64,000 nt of DNA, taken from positions 2,804 to 66,803 of the forward strand of contig JACPKS010000001.1 of the NCBI GenBank assembly GCA_016186905.1. The letters are read 5' to 3'. A program made the position numbers and the translations under genes. Shown here in pieces: positions 41,910 to 54,584 of the stretch. Source of the DNA: Deltaproteobacteria bacterium (GTDB taxonomy: Bacteria > Bdellovibrionota > UBA1018 > UBA923). Position 1 is the stretch's first letter, and each line of letters starts with the position of its first letter. A model generated the notes under the pieces. The model was not told where the DNA came from and searched no databases. It worked only from the letters and a program-made list of their open reading frames with translations.

Positions 41910-42991
41910 TCGAGGGATTCCCCTTTTGACGATTTCAGCTTGCGCGCGCACATCGTTTTGATTTTGAGTTTTTCTGGGTCAAAAACAAGCGTGATCGAAC
42001 CGCCCGGCTTAACCTTTCCCTTGAGAACAGCGTCGGCAAGCGCGTCATCCAGGATCGAGCGCATGGCCTTGATGATCTCGTCGTGCGAGATGTCGGGATG
42101 ATAGACGTTCGCGCGGACCGCCTCGAGCATGGCGCTCGAGCTTCGCGCCGACATGCTCAAGTTGACGCGCTTTTCGGTCGCGAACTTGTCGAACGCCTCG
42201 TTGAAGTGCTTGATGAAGATGTCGATAAACTCGCCGGAGCTTGGCGGAAACACGGGTGCCAGCGCCTCGCAGCGCTCAAGCAACGCCTGCGGAACGCCGT
42301 CTTTGATGAGTTCCTCGCGGCTCACGTGAAAGGGGATGTCTTTGGGCAGCTCCAGCGATTCGGGCGTGGGAAGATTTTTGATCGCTTCGGTTTTTGAGGC
42401 GGTCATGAACCCGACGGGCGTCATCGGCGGCTGCTTGCGGTAAAGCGTCCACTTATCCACGAAACCCGTGCCCGAGGTTGTTCTGATGCCAAACAACGCG
42501 CGATCGGTCTTCACAGCCCTTGCGCCGTCACCGACCGCGTTGTTGTCGGCCACGGTCAGAAGGGCGCCGAGCACCTCGGTGCTCACGAGCTCGAAGTTTT
42601 TGAAAATGACGACCGTCGTTGGATCAGCCTTTAGACGTTTAGCCAGCTCATCCGTCAGCGGCTTGGAATCTGCCTGACTGATGAGCTTGACTGGAACGAG
42701 GTAGGTCGGCGCGCCGATGATCTTTGCGTACGACTCAAACAGCGTCCGGCCTCCCATCCCGGAAGGCCCGTAAACCAGCATCATCGCGGTCTTGGTCGAG
42801 GCGCGTGTACCGGTCTGTATCCGCCTTGAAAGATCCACGAGCTCCTGCTTGGCTTGCTTCTGGCCGATCACGAGCTCATCGAGCGATTTTGCCAGCTGCT
42901 CGGTGCCGATCACGCCAGAGGCGAACGCTATTCCGCTCAAGAGCGACATGACCGCTGCCCAAACGAGGATCCTTGCTCGGTAGTGAATCAA
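41906..42991 (-). CDS. exported ClpB-D2-like AAA+ protein with degenerate Walker motifs
   Basis: TTG start gives a signal peptide; VIGQ..AK; GPSGMGGR (no Lys); VVIFKNFE (no DE); D2-small-like tail. Confidence 0.6.
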   Translation of the reverse strand: MIHYRARILVWAAVMSLLSGIAFASGVIGTEQLAKSLDELVIGQKQAKQELVDLSRRIQTGTRASTKTAMMLVYGPSGMGGRTLFESYAKIIGAPTYLVPVKLISQADSKPLTDELAKRLKADPTTVVIFKNFELVSTEVLGALLTVADNNAVGDGARAVKTDRALFGIRTTSGTGFVDKWTLYRKQPPMTPVGFMTASKTEAIKNLPTPESLELPKDIPFHVSREELIKDGVPQALLERCEALAPVFPPSSGEFIDIFIKHFNEAFDKFATEKRVNLSMSARSSSAMLEAVRANVYHPDISHDEIIKAMRSILDDALADAVLKGKVKPGGSITLVFDPEKLKIKTMCARKLKSSKGESLE

Positions 42992-43046
42992 AAATCTTTC
43001 CCCCTGCAGGATCTTTTCGACCGAAAACAGCTCAGGGGTGACTGGA

Positions 43047-43144
43047 AAAAGGTGCCGACCTACTTTTCGTGGTGTGGTGCACCGTAAAAATGACAAATAT
43101 TTTTTACGGCGCACCACACCACGAAAAGTAGGTCGGCACCTTTT
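43047..43144. repeat. long inverted repeat (REPIN/MITE-like)
   Basis: 44-bp arms with one mismatch around a 10-nt loop. Confidence 0.85.
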
Positions 43145-44255
43145 AGCCGTCGAAGCGGACGTGCGGTTTGTGTTCGCCGATCCACTGCTGGAGCGTGGCG
43201 GTGCCTTTGCCTTGGGCATCGAACTCGACGAACGCGAACGTCAGCCGGTAATGATTGCCCATCCCGCGCAGATCAAGATGTATCATTTTCGTCCACGTGC
43301 CCGTGTTGATGTAGACCTTGCCGTCGGGATAGCTCTTGAACATCGGAAGATGCGTGTGCCCCATGATCACGGTATGCACGTCGGGCTGCTCCTCGAGAAG
43401 CCTTCGCGCCTCGGCTTCGAGGTCTTGCAGGAAGGTCATCGTCTCCTGCTGGAAAATCTGCAGAGTCACTTTCAACCGGCTGCGGCGCTGCGGGCTATAG
43501 ATAAACCGCGTCTTCATGAAATATAATAACGAGAGGAAGGCGAACCGCAGGATGAACCAGGTGTCGAAAAGCAGCCCCCAAAGTATCATCGCGCGGATCG
43601 GACGAACCTTGTCGACGTAGTCCCGCTCCCACTTGAGGCGATTGACGATTTTCAAAACATAAAAACTTCCCCACGGGATATTGAGGACGGGCTCCTTCAA
43701 CCCCTCCGTCAGAAGCGGTTTCTCGTAGTTGAAGACGTGGACGGCTTCGTACTGGTTTCCGTGCTGAACCTGCACGCCGCCGCCGAGATCAATGACCGTC
43801 GTCACGTGGTTCAACCGCACCTTGGCACTCGGAAACTGCCCGTCCGGATCGAGCGCCTGCACGAGACGCTCGCGCACCTTCGGAAAGAAAAGATCGGCAT
43901 CGTGGTTGCCGATATTGTAGGTGATCGTTTTTCCGGGAAGAGAGGCGAAGCGCCTGAGTCCCCGAATCACTTTGGGGTGGCCGGCGAGAATACACTCGAG
44001 CTTATAGAGCGCGAACTGCTCGGTGATGACCTCCTCGAACTCGCCGCGATAAGGAACGTTCAGGAAATCGAGAAAATCGCCATTGATGACCAACTCGACT
44101 TCACGGCCCTCGCCGTACTTTCCGGACGAGAAATACTCGAAAAACGCCACCATCTCGTCGTCGAAAAAAAAATCCTCGTGAGGATTCTTCCGGCTCTCGA
44201 AATTGAGCCCCGCCGAGAGGTGGCAGTCGCTGATGACAAGCTTGATCCGATTCAT
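43143..44255 (-). CDS. metallophosphoesterase (calcineurin-like)
   Basis: SDCH, NGDFLD, GNHD, HG, GHTH, NTG motifs. Confidence 0.88.
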   Translation of the reverse strand: MNRIKLVISDCHLSAGLNFESRKNPHEDFFFDDEMVAFFEYFSSGKYGEGREVELVINGDFLDFLNVPYRGEFEEVITEQFALYKLECILAGHPKVIRGLRRFASLPGKTITYNIGNHDADLFFPKVRERLVQALDPDGQFPSAKVRLNHVTTVIDLGGGVQVQHGNQYEAVHVFNYEKPLLTEGLKEPVLNIPWGSFYVLKIVNRLKWERDYVDKVRPIRAMILWGLLFDTWFILRFAFLSLLYFMKTRFIYSPQRRSRLKVTLQIFQQETMTFLQDLEAEARRLLEEQPDVHTVIMGHTHLPMFKSYPDGKVYINTGTWTKMIHLDLRGMGNHYRLTFAFVEFDAQGKGTATLQQWIGEHKPHVRFDG

Positions 44256-44297
44256 TTTATCCAGTATATCAGAGCTTCAACGAACTGAGGAATCTCC

Positions 44298-44531
44298 ATG
44301 TCCGACAAGACCAAGAAATGGCCGGATAACGTGCCGGGTAAATACTACGTCGACGATCAATGCATCGACTGCGACGCCTGCCGCACGGAAGCACCGAAAA
44401 ATTTCACGCGCAACGACGCGCACGGCTTCTCGTACGTTCACAAGCAGCCCACCACTCCCGAGGAAGAAACGGCAAGCAAGGCCGCGATGGAAGCCTGTCC
44501 GGTAGAGGCGATTGGGCAGGATGGTGAGTGA
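44298..44531 (+). CDS. ferredoxin
   Basis: CIDCDAC...CPVEAI. Confidence 0.92.
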   Translation: MSDKTKKWPDNVPGKYYVDDQCIDCDACRTEAPKNFTRNDAHGFSYVHKQPTTPEEETASKAAMEACPVEAIGQDGE

Positions 44532-44538
44532 GTCCTCA

Positions 44539-46308
44539 ATGAAAACCTGCAAAAAAAATCTTCTTTTTGCGACGCTATTGCTTATTGCCGGGGCGACACG
44601 TGCGGTGGCCAGCGCGCCGAGCGCAGGCGCCCCGGCTGCCCTCGCGCCAGCCGACCTTATCCTCAAAAACGGAAAAATCTACACCGACCGCGAAAACGGG
44701 CGTAAATGGGCCGAGTCGCTGTCGATCCGGGAGGGCGTCATCCAGTCGATCGGCACGACGGGCGCGATCGAAAAAGAAAAAGGCCCCGCCACGAAAATCA
44801 TCGACCTCAGGGGCAAGGTCGTGCTGCCGGGATTCAACGACGCTCACCTGCATTTTTTCTCGGGCGGCATCTCGCTTGCGCGCCTGAACCTCACCGGCGT
44901 GAAGTCGATCGGGCAATTCAAGGCGAAATTGAAGGAGTTCGCGGCGGCAAATCCCTTGAAGCGCTGGATTTTCGGCCTGGGATGGGATCACACCGCGTTT
45001 CCGGGCCAGAAATATCCCACGAAGGAAGATCTCGACTCGGTCGTCAACGATCGCCCGGTTTTTCTCTGGCACACCGACGAGCACCTCGCGGTCGCGAACT
45101 CCAAGGCGCTCGAGATTCTGCACATCGACGCGACCACGCCCGATCCGGAAGACGGGAAAATCCTCAAAAACGATAAGGGCGAACCGATGGGCGTGCTGCT
45201 CGAGTCGGCGGCAAGCGAGGCGTCGCATAAAGTCGACCGCCCGAGCAAAGAAGAATTGCGCCAGGCTTTCGTCGACGCGCAGGAAGAAGCGATCAAATAC
45301 GGTCTCACCTCGATTCAGGGCACTTTTGCGCGCGAAAATCTCGAAGACTGCATCCAGATCGTCGACGAGCTCCACAAGGCAAAACAGCTCAAGGTTCGCA
45401 TTTCGCTTTGGGGCGTTCTCGAGGATCCCGAGAAATTCGCGGAGCTGAAGAACAAGTACAAGCACATCCCCGAGGAGTGGCTGCGCTTCGCGCATCTGAA
45501 AGGTTTCGTCGACGGCGTGATCTCGGCGCGGACCGCGGCGATGAATCAGCCGTACTCCGACGACGCAAGCACGCGCGGAGAGCCGAACTACACGCAGGAA
45601 AAACTGAGCGAGCTCGTGCTTAGGGCGAATCGAATGGGCTTTCCGGTGGCGCTCCACGCAATCGGCGATCGGGCCGTCGGGATGGCCGCCGCCGCCTACG
45701 CCGCCGCGAAAAAACAGCTCTTTAACTCGCGGCTTCGCAACCGTGTCGAACACGTCGAAGTGGCTGGGCCCGCCATCTACTCACAGTTCCACGGCACCGG
45801 CATCGTCGCCTCCGTGCAACCGAGCCACATGATCTACGACGACGAGTCCGAGAATTACAACGACGCGCGCCTGGGCAAAGAACGCGTGAAGCACGCCTTC
45901 GCGTGGAAGGGTTTTTTGAAGGCCAAGGCTCGCATGGCGTTCGGCACCGATTGGCCCGTGATGCCGGTGAATCCGTTCATCGGTTTGTTCGGCGCGGTTT
46001 ATCGCCAGCACTTCAACGGGCGTCCGGCGCGCGGCTGGCTGCCCGAACAGCGGATCACGCTCGACCAGGCGATCGAGGCCTATACGCTAGGCAGCGCTTA
46101 CGTGACTTCCGAGGAGCACGTCAAAGGCTCGATCCGCGAAGGCAAGTTCGCCGATCTCGCCGTGACGGGAAAAGATCCGTTCAAGGAACAGGGGCTGGCG
46201 CTCTCGAAGGTGCCGGTGGCATACACGATCCTCGCCGGAAAAATCACGTACGACGGAACGCTTCCGGCGCTCAAACCCGCCGACGCCAAGACGGCGGCGA
46301 AGCCCTAA
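44539..46308 (+). CDS. exported amidohydrolase (YtcJ-like)
   Basis: PGFNDAHLH, HAIGD, RVEH, FGTDWP; signal peptide. Confidence 0.9.
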   Translation: MKTCKKNLLFATLLLIAGATRAVASAPSAGAPAALAPADLILKNGKIYTDRENGRKWAESLSIREGVIQSIGTTGAIEKEKGPATKIIDLRGKVVLPGFNDAHLHFFSGGISLARLNLTGVKSIGQFKAKLKEFAAANPLKRWIFGLGWDHTAFPGQKYPTKEDLDSVVNDRPVFLWHTDEHLAVANSKALEILHIDATTPDPEDGKILKNDKGEPMGVLLESAASEASHKVDRPSKEELRQAFVDAQEEAIKYGLTSIQGTFARENLEDCIQIVDELHKAKQLKVRISLWGVLEDPEKFAELKNKYKHIPEEWLRFAHLKGFVDGVISARTAAMNQPYSDDASTRGEPNYTQEKLSELVLRANRMGFPVALHAIGDRAVGMAAAAYAAAKKQLFNSRLRNRVEHVEVAGPAIYSQFHGTGIVASVQPSHMIYDDESENYNDARLGKERVKHAFAWKGFLKAKARMAFGTDWPVMPVNPFIGLFGAVYRQHFNGRPARGWLPEQRITLDQAIEAYTLGSAYVTSEEHVKGSIREGKFADLAVTGKDPFKEQGLALSKVPVAYTILAGKITYDGTLPALKPADAKTAAKP

Positions 46309-46327
46309 CAAGGTTTCTCAGCAGCCC

Positions 46328-47437
46328 TTAGAATTTGCCGATTTCGATTTCCGCGGCCTGGCTTGCGCCGACCTGATGCGAAACCGCGCGGGCAAGGTCG
46401 AGAAACGCGCGCGCGACGGCGCTTTCAGGCGCCCGCGCGACGATCGGAGTTCCCGAATCACCCGCTTCGCACACGCCCATCTCGATCGGAAGCTGCGCCA
46501 AAAGCGGGATGCGGAATTTCTCGGAGAGCAGCGTTCCCGCGCCCTCGCCGAAGATGCGGTATTTTTTCTCCGGCTCATTTTTCGGCGCGTCCGGCGGAAT
46601 GAAAAAACTCATGTTCTCGACGACGCCGAGGATCGGCACGCCGACTTTTTCAAACATCAGAATCGCCTTGCGAACGTCCTGCGCCGAGACTTCCTGCGGA
46701 GTCGTCACGACGATCGCGCCGCTCAGGGGCACGAGCTGCGTCAGCGAAATCTGCACGTCGCCGGTGCCTGGCGGCATGTCGACGATGAGATAATCCAGCC
46801 GGCCCCAATCCACCTTTATTAAAAACTGGCTCACGACGCTATGGAGCATCGGTCCGCGCCAGATCACGGGCTGGTCGCCCTTGGTGAGCAAGCCCATCGA
46901 CATGACTTTCACGCCGTGATTTTCAGGTGGAAGCATCATCTCGCCGCGCGCTTCGTCGGCACGCCCCTGCGGCGGTTCGTCAACCCCCATCATCGTGGGA
47001 ATGTTCGGACCGTAAACGTCGCAATCGAGAAGGCCTACGCGTACGCCGATCTTCGCGAGCGCCGTCGCGAGATTCGCCGAAACGGTGGATTTTCCGACGC
47101 CGCCCTTGCCGCTGCTCACGGCGATGATGTGTTGCACGCCGGGCACGCCGTGTTTTTCGCGATGAGCCCGCCCCCTGGAGGCGCCGGCATGCGGTGCCGC
47201 CGACTCCACCCTCACCCGCACCTCGGTCGCGCCGACTTGCATGAGCGCGTCCTTTACGCCTTGCTCAAGAGCGGCCTGCGCGGGATCTCCCGGATCGCGC
47301 AGCACAAGGCGCATCGAAATACCGTCGCCTTCGATCTTGAGGTCGCGGATCTGCCCGAGCGACATCAGGTCTTTTCCCGTCGCGGGTTCGCGCACCTGAC
47401 GTAATGCCGTGATTACCGTATCGAGTTTTATCGCCAT
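46328..47437 (-). CDS. mrp: Mrp/NBP35 Fe-S carrier ATPase (ApbC)
   Basis: [26 protein letters not shown]. Confidence 0.92.
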   Translation of the reverse strand: MAIKLDTVITALRQVREPATGKDLMSLGQIRDLKIEGDGISMRLVLRDPGDPAQAALEQGVKDALMQVGATEVRVRVESAAPHAGASRGRAHREKHGVPGVQHIIAVSSGKGGVGKSTVSANLATALAKIGVRVGLLDCDVYGPNIPTMMGVDEPPQGRADEARGEMMLPPENHGVKVMSMGLLTKGDQPVIWRGPMLHSVVSQFLIKVDWGRLDYLIVDMPPGTGDVQISLTQLVPLSGAIVVTTPQEVSAQDVRKAILMFEKVGVPILGVVENMSFFIPPDAPKNEPEKKYRIFGEGAGTLLSEKFRIPLLAQLPIEMGVCEAGDSGTPIVARAPESAVARAFLDLARAVSHQVGASQAAEIEIGKF

Positions 47438-47488
47438 AAGTGCCTTATCAATACCCCAGAAGCGTGTTACGAACCAAAGACAATCTTT

Positions 47489-48046
47489 ATGGAAAAATAC
47501 GTCGAAAAACTTCTGATCGAAATGGGCGAAGACCCCATGCGGGCGGGTCTCAAACGCACGCCCGAGCGCTTCGCGAGCGCGTTCCAATTCCTGACGTCGG
47601 GCTACAAGCTCGATCCCAAGGCATTGCTCACCAAAGCGCTTTTCAGCGAAGAATACTCCGAGATGGTCATCGTCAAGGACATCGAGATCTTCTCGCTTTG
47701 CGAGCACCACATGCTTCCGTTTTTCGGAAAAGCCCACGTCGCGTACATCCCCGACGGAAAAATCATCGGTCTTTCGAAAATTCCGCGTCTCGTGAACATT
47801 TTCGCGCGCAGGCTTCAGGTGCAGGAGCGCCTGACCGACCAGATCAGCCAGGCGCTCTTCGACGCCGTGAAGCCGCACGGCGCGGGCGTGGTCATCGAGG
47901 CCTACCACATGTGCATGATGATGAGAGGCGTGGAAAAGCTGCGCTCCTACACGATCACATCGAGCATGCTCGGCACCTTCCGCGAGGATCGCCGCACGCG
48001 CCAGGAATTCATGTCGCTCATCTCGCGGGAAAAGCTCGCGCTATGA
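47489..48046 (+). CDS. folE: GTP cyclohydrolase I
   Basis: [28 protein letters not shown]. Confidence 0.96.
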   Translation: MEKYVEKLLIEMGEDPMRAGLKRTPERFASAFQFLTSGYKLDPKALLTKALFSEEYSEMVIVKDIEIFSLCEHHMLPFFGKAHVAYIPDGKIIGLSKIPRLVNIFARRLQVQERLTDQISQALFDAVKPHGAGVVIEAYHMCMMMRGVEKLRSYTITSSMLGTFREDRRTRQEFMSLISREKLAL

Positions 48047-48540
48047 GCGATGACGAGTTCGTCGACATCCACGAGCCGCCCGAATCGTCCGGGATCGACT
48101 CCGACAAAACGCCCATCCTCCTCCACCCTCAAAAAAGAAAGGACCTCTTCGAGGCCGGGCAGGAACGCTTCAACGACGAGCGTTTTTTCGAGGCGCATGA
48201 AGAATGGGAAAAGCTCTGGCGCTACGAGCAGGGACGCGACCGCGCGTTCATCCAGGGTTTGATCCAAGCCGCCGGGCACTTCGTGCACCTGCGGAAAGGA
48301 AACTGGTCGGGAGCTTCGCGCCTGGCCGATCTCGTAAAACAAAAGCTCGTCGTGCCGCCGGCCAATCGGCTCTTTCGCGCGATCGACGTCATGCCGCTGA
48401 TTTCGGCGCTCAATTACAACGCGGTTGAAGTGGAAAAAATGCTCGCGAAAGCTTCAGCCTCGAAAGCAAGCTCTGGAGTGGATTTTCCGCCCCCTCCTCC
48501 GCAAGGACTCGGGAGATTCTTGGTTCCTAAGCTTCTTTGA
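48043..48540 (+). CDS. DUF309-family protein
   Basis: FN...FFEAHE.WE.LW...QGLIQ. Confidence 0.82.
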   Translation: MSDDEFVDIHEPPESSGIDSDKTPILLHPQKRKDLFEAGQERFNDERFFEAHEEWEKLWRYEQGRDRAFIQGLIQAAGHFVHLRKGNWSGASRLADLVKQKLVVPPANRLFRAIDVMPLISALNYNAVEVEKMLAKASASKASSGVDFPPPPPQGLGRFLVPKLL

Positions 48541-49276
48541 ATGCAGCGCCGGTTTCGGCTGCTCCGAAAACGCTCGCCGCGCTTTGGAGCGCGAACGCCT
48601 CGTAGCTCCGCGAGAGCGTCTCGAATTTTTTCACGAGCGCCTGTTTGATTTCGCCGGCGAGCTCGTTCACGTCGGAATCGGCGGCGCCTGCCCTCGCCAT
48701 CTCTTTTTCAAGCGTGGTCATGACCGCGCCGTTGAAGCCGCACGGATTCACGGCCTCGAAGTACCGCAGGTCGGTCGCGAGATTGAGCGCGAAGCCGTGA
48801 TACGAAACCCACTGCTTCACCGCGATGCCGATGCTCGCAAGCTTGTGGTCATGCACCCAAACGCCGGTCTGAAGCTGGCCGGGATCGAGAAGAAGCGTAT
48901 CCGGGCATGGCTTCACGCCAAGACCCGTCTCGACCCGGAGGGTTTCGAGGAGCGCGCGCTCGAGATCGCGAAGATAGCGGCGAAGATCTTTGTGCGTGAG
49001 TTTAAAAATAGGATAGCCGACGAGCTGACCCGGCCCGTGAAACGTGAGCCTTCCGCCGCGCTCGACCGCGACGACGGGAACCGTTCCAAGCCCCCGCACC
49101 TTGATCGCCTCAGGTGCCGGCTCTTCAATCTTCGCGCGCCCAGTGGTGTAAACCGGCTCGTGCTCAACAAAAATCAGAGTGTCTTCGATCGCATCGCGCG
49201 CGCGTTCATCCACAAGTTGCTTTTGCAGCTCCCAGACTTCGGCGTAGGACTTTCGACCGAGATCGATCAGCTTCAT
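48527..49276 (-). CDS. lipB: octanoyltransferase
   Basis: EH.PVYT.G, RGG..TFHGPGQLVGYP, KLASIG, HGFALN, PCG. Confidence 0.94.
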   Translation of the reverse strand: MKLIDLGRKSYAEVWELQKQLVDERARDAIEDTLIFVEHEPVYTTGRAKIEEPAPEAIKVRGLGTVPVVAVERGGRLTFHGPGQLVGYPIFKLTHKDLRRYLRDLERALLETLRVETGLGVKPCPDTLLLDPGQLQTGVWVHDHKLASIGIAVKQWVSYHGFALNLATDLRYFEAVNPCGFNGAVMTTLEKEMARAGAADSDVNELAGEIKQALVKKFETLSRSYEAFALQSAASVFGAAETGAAFKEA

Positions 49277-49352
49277 CTTGAACCGCTCCGTAAGAGGCAC
49301 TTCTTATATCAGGGCAAACTCATCAACAAAAGGGCGAATTCATTGTGCTCTT

Positions 49353-50864
<1,512 letters not shown>

Positions 50865-50924
50865 TGCGTTCTCCTGTTGTTGGCCTATAGCGCCAATAGC
50901 GTCGCGCGACACGCGACGCGAATA

Positions 50925-52250
50925 TCAGAGCCGAATCGCGTCGAGGAACATCAGCTTCAGATTCGAGATCTGTTCCATCACGACGTTCAAGAACCGCGCG
51001 CCCATCGCGCCGTCGACCACGCGGTGATCGATCGCGACCGAAAGCCAGAGCACGTCGGCCGGCACGATCTCGTCGCGTCCGTTGATCGTCTTCACGACGG
51101 GGCGTTTCGAGATTTTGTGCACGCCAAGGATCGCGACCTCGGGCCAATTGATGATCGGGGTCGCGAGCATCCCGCCGATCGTTCCGGCGTTGGTGATCGT
51201 GAACGTTCCGTCTTTCATATCCTCGAGCGCCAGTTTTCCGGCGCGGGCCTTTTCGGCCAAAACTTGCACGTCACGCGCGATTTCGAGAATCGATTTTTTA
51301 TCGGCATCCTTCACGACCGGCACGATCAAGCCCTGCTCGGTGTCGACCGCGATGCCGATATTGTAATAATTCTTCAGCACGACGTTTCCGTTTTGCTCGT
51401 CGAGCTGCGAGTTCATGTACGGAAACTCCTTCAAGCCCTTGATCACGGCCTTCACGATGAAGGGCAGGTACGTGAGCTTCACGCCTTCCTTTTCGGCGAC
51501 GCCTTTGGCGGCCGCGCGGAACTGCACGAGCTCGGTCACGTCGCACTCGTCGACGTAAGTGAACTCCGGAATCGTCCCACGGCTCTTCGTCATGCCCTCG
51601 GCGATTTTTTTGCGGATCCCGCGGAACGGAATCAGCGTTTCGCGCTGGCCAGGCATTAAAGGAGACGGCTTAAGCGGCGAGGGCTTTGGCGCCGCCGGCG
51701 TTTTCGCTTGCGCCGGCATGGGCTCGCGGCGCCGCATGCCGTGCGGCGCGGGCACCTGCGGGCCTGCCGCGCTCGCGCCGATGAAGCGCTGAAGATCTTC
51801 TTTCGTCACGCGCCCGGCGGGACCCGACGCCGGAACTTGGCCGAGATCGACGCCCATGTCGCGCGCGAGCCGGCGCGTGGCCGGAGTCGCAAGCACGTTT
51901 CCGGGCGAAGCCGCATACGTTTGTCCAGGCGCCTGCGCCGCCTGGCCGGCGGCGCCAGCATACGACGCGCGCATCGGGACCGTGGATGGCGCGCTCTTCG
52001 AGGCCCCGGCGCTTGCGCCTTCCTCCGACAACGAAACGACCGGCTGTCCGACTTTAATGACGTCGCCTTCTTTTCCGTAAACCTTCTTCACGGTGCCCGC
52101 GTGCGGCGAGGGAATCTCGAGCGTCGCCTTGTCGGTCATGATCTCGATGAGCGGCTGATCGACCTTGATCGCGTCGCCTTCCTTGACGAGCCAACGCACG
52201 ATCTCGCCCTCATGCACGCCCTCACCGATATCCGGAAGTTTGATCTCCAT
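50925..52250 (-). CDS. 2-oxoacid dehydrogenase E2 acyltransferase
   Basis: Lipoyl domain TDKA; E3-binding ATPATRRLAR; DHRVVDG. Confidence 0.93.
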   Translation of the reverse strand: MEIKLPDIGEGVHEGEIVRWLVKEGDAIKVDQPLIEIMTDKATLEIPSPHAGTVKKVYGKEGDVIKVGQPVVSLSEEGASAGASKSAPSTVPMRASYAGAAGQAAQAPGQTYAASPGNVLATPATRRLARDMGVDLGQVPASGPAGRVTKEDLQRFIGASAAGPQVPAPHGMRRREPMPAQAKTPAAPKPSPLKPSPLMPGQRETLIPFRGIRKKIAEGMTKSRGTIPEFTYVDECDVTELVQFRAAAKGVAEKEGVKLTYLPFIVKAVIKGLKEFPYMNSQLDEQNGNVVLKNYYNIGIAVDTEQGLIVPVVKDADKKSILEIARDVQVLAEKARAGKLALEDMKDGTFTITNAGTIGGMLATPIINWPEVAILGVHKISKRPVVKTINGRDEIVPADVLWLSVAIDHRVVDGAMGARFLNVVMEQISNLKLMFLDAIRL

Positions 52251-52260
52251 ATCCTGCTCC

Positions 52261-53190
52261 TTATCGCTGTTCCTTCAGCATGTTCGCGAGATAGTACTCG
52301 CCCGCCTTGTAGCTCGACCGCACGAGCGGACCCGACGCGACGTAGGCGAATCCCATTTCACGGCTGACTTCTTCCCATTGCCTGAATTTCTCGGGCGTGA
52401 CGAACCCCAGAACCTCCAGATGTTTCTTCGTCGGCCGCAGGTACTGCCCGAACGTCACGACGTCGACGCGGGCGGCGCGCAGATCGCGCAGGCATTCGAG
52501 CACCTCTTCGTCGGTCTCGCCGTGCCCGACCTGGATCGAGCTTTTCGTCAGCATCGGTTTCACGCGCCCGCCCGACGCGCGCAGGCGCTCGAAGATCTCG
52601 CGCGCCGCGGCGAGCGTGCCGAGCGACTGATCGTACGTCGCGCGCGGATCTCGCACGCGCGGCGTGAGGCGTCGCACGGTTTCGATATTGTGCGCATACA
52701 CGTCGACACCGCTCTTCACGAGCGTTTCGACCGAGGCGGGATCCCCCCTGAAATCCGGCACCAGCGCCTCGCAAAGGATCGCCGCGTTTTTGGATTTGAT
52801 CCCTTGGATCGTCGCGGCGAAATGCGCGGCGCCTCCGTCGGGAAGGTCGTCGCGGTTGACCGAAGTGAGCACGACGTAATCGAGCCCGGACTCGGCGATG
52901 AGACCCGCGACTTTTTCCGGTTCGAGCTCGTCGACCGCCCCGCCGGGGCGCCCGGTCTTCACGCCGCAGAAGCGGCATCCGCGCGTGCAGACGTCGCCTA
53001 GGAGCATGATCGTGGCCGTGCCGCCCATCCAGCACTCGGCGATGTTCGGGCAACGGGCCTCTTCGCATACCGTGAAAAGCTTCAGGTCGCGCAGCTTCTG
53101 GCGGATCTCGGTGTAGCGCAGCCCTCCGGGCGCGCGAACCTTGAGCCACTCGGGTTTTCTTTCAGCCTTGTCTGTCGACGGCGCCTGCAT
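52261..53190 (-). CDS. lipA: lipoyl synthase
   Basis: [25 protein letters not shown]. Confidence 0.96.
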   Translation of the reverse strand: MQAPSTDKAERKPEWLKVRAPGGLRYTEIRQKLRDLKLFTVCEEARCPNIAECWMGGTATIMLLGDVCTRGCRFCGVKTGRPGGAVDELEPEKVAGLIAESGLDYVVLTSVNRDDLPDGGAAHFAATIQGIKSKNAAILCEALVPDFRGDPASVETLVKSGVDVYAHNIETVRRLTPRVRDPRATYDQSLGTLAAAREIFERLRASGGRVKPMLTKSSIQVGHGETDEEVLECLRDLRAARVDVVTFGQYLRPTKKHLEVLGFVTPEKFRQWEEVSREMGFAYVASGPLVRSSYKAGEYYLANMLKEQR

Positions 53191-53272
53191 TTGAACCCAA
53201 TCATTCACTCGAATCACGCGGAATTCAAGGCAGATCTTGCCGCGAAGCCGCGCTTGATGATACTCTCTTCCC

Positions 53273-54268
53273 ATGTCGGAAGAAACACTTCAGCCAGCGG
53301 CAAGTCCCGCTCAGCATGCCAACGGAAATCCGCAAACGCCGGCCGCGAAAGCCGCATATCTCGACCTGTTTGACCGGTCGCTCGACGCCATCGTGCTCGT
53401 AGCGCTCGACAGCGGAAAGATCATCGAAGCCAACGACTCATCCGAAAAAATCCTTCAGGCCACCAAAGAGACGATCGAGGCGTCGTGGAACATATTCGAC
53501 CTTCCGGTACCCGAAGCGCTCGACGAATTCCGCAAGATGGTGCGTATCGCCTCGCGGCGCTACCATCCCAAAACGTTCGAGGTGCCGCTCAAGGTCCAGT
53601 CGGCCGAAGCGAGCAAGCCGATGATTTCGCAGATGGCGCTTAGTCCCTTGAAGCTCAGTGACGGCACGGAGGTTCTGCAGTTCATCGTCCGCGACATCAC
53701 GAAAATGAAGGACTACATCAAGCAGATCGAGGAGATGGCGACCACCGACGGCATGACGGGCCTCACGAACTTCCGCCAATTCTCGAAACTCCTCGAAATG
53801 GAGCACGCGCGCGCGCTTCGCTACCGCACGAAGTACGCGATCGTGTTCTGCGACATCGATCACTTCAAGAAATACAACGACCAGAACGGCCATCCGGCCG
53901 GCGACGCGCTTCTGAAACAGTACGCGCAGATTCTGCGAAGCTGCGTGCGCACGACCGACTTTCCGTGCCGCTACGGCGGCGAGGAGTTCGTGGTTCTGCT
54001 TCCGCAGACCGATTCCGATGAAGCCGCCATGATCGCCGAGCGCATCCGCTCAGCGGTGCGCGAAACGAAATTCGAGCACGGCGAAAAGCAGCCGCTGGGA
54101 TTCGTAAGCATCAGCATCGGCGTAAGCGCGTTTCCGCGCGACGGCGCCGATCCCAAAGTCGTTCTTAAGGCCGCCGACAACATGCTCTACGAATGCAAGG
54201 AAGGCGGACGTAATTGCGTCAAAGTCAGTCGCGGACCGGAGAAGCCGGTTATTCATCACCAAGGTTGA
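53273..54268 (+). CDS. PAS-domain diguanylate cyclase
   Basis: DIDHFK..ND..GH..GD; RTTD I-site; GGEEF. Confidence 0.92.
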   Translation: MSEETLQPAASPAQHANGNPQTPAAKAAYLDLFDRSLDAIVLVALDSGKIIEANDSSEKILQATKETIEASWNIFDLPVPEALDEFRKMVRIASRRYHPKTFEVPLKVQSAEASKPMISQMALSPLKLSDGTEVLQFIVRDITKMKDYIKQIEEMATTDGMTGLTNFRQFSKLLEMEHARALRYRTKYAIVFCDIDHFKKYNDQNGHPAGDALLKQYAQILRSCVRTTDFPCRYGGEEFVVLLPQTDSDEAAMIAERIRSAVRETKFEHGEKQPLGFVSISIGVSAFPRDGADPKVVLKAADNMLYECKEGGRNCVKVSRGPEKPVIHHQG

Positions 54269-54272
54269 GGCG

Positions 54273-54491
54273 CTACCAAAAAACGAGCAGGCCGTAGAGC
54301 GGATTCATCGGAAAGTCCGGCATGTCTTCGAGCGGATGGCCCGCCTGAATCGCGCGCTCGCGCATTTTCTGAAAATAGTTCACGGGCAGGAACGCTTTCC
54401 CGCATCTCAGGCACTTCAAGACCTCGGCAGCCTCGGCCTCGTTGATATTGCCGCAGAGATGGCACAGCCGCAGGAGCTGTTTGCGGTCCAT
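54273..54491 (-). CDS. small Zn-ribbon protein
   Basis: CHLC...CLRC; C-terminal LYGLLVFW. Confidence 0.65.
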   Translation of the reverse strand: MDRKQLLRLCHLCGNINEAEAAEVLKCLRCGKAFLPVNYFQKMRERAIQAGHPLEDMPDFPMNPLYGLLVFW

Positions 54492-54584
54492 GCCCCACTC
54501 TTCGACTCCGAAATGGGGGCCTAAAGATGTGTCGCGTTCACACAGCCCCGCGCGGACCGGCAAATGGTGCCGAACTCGCGCGGG

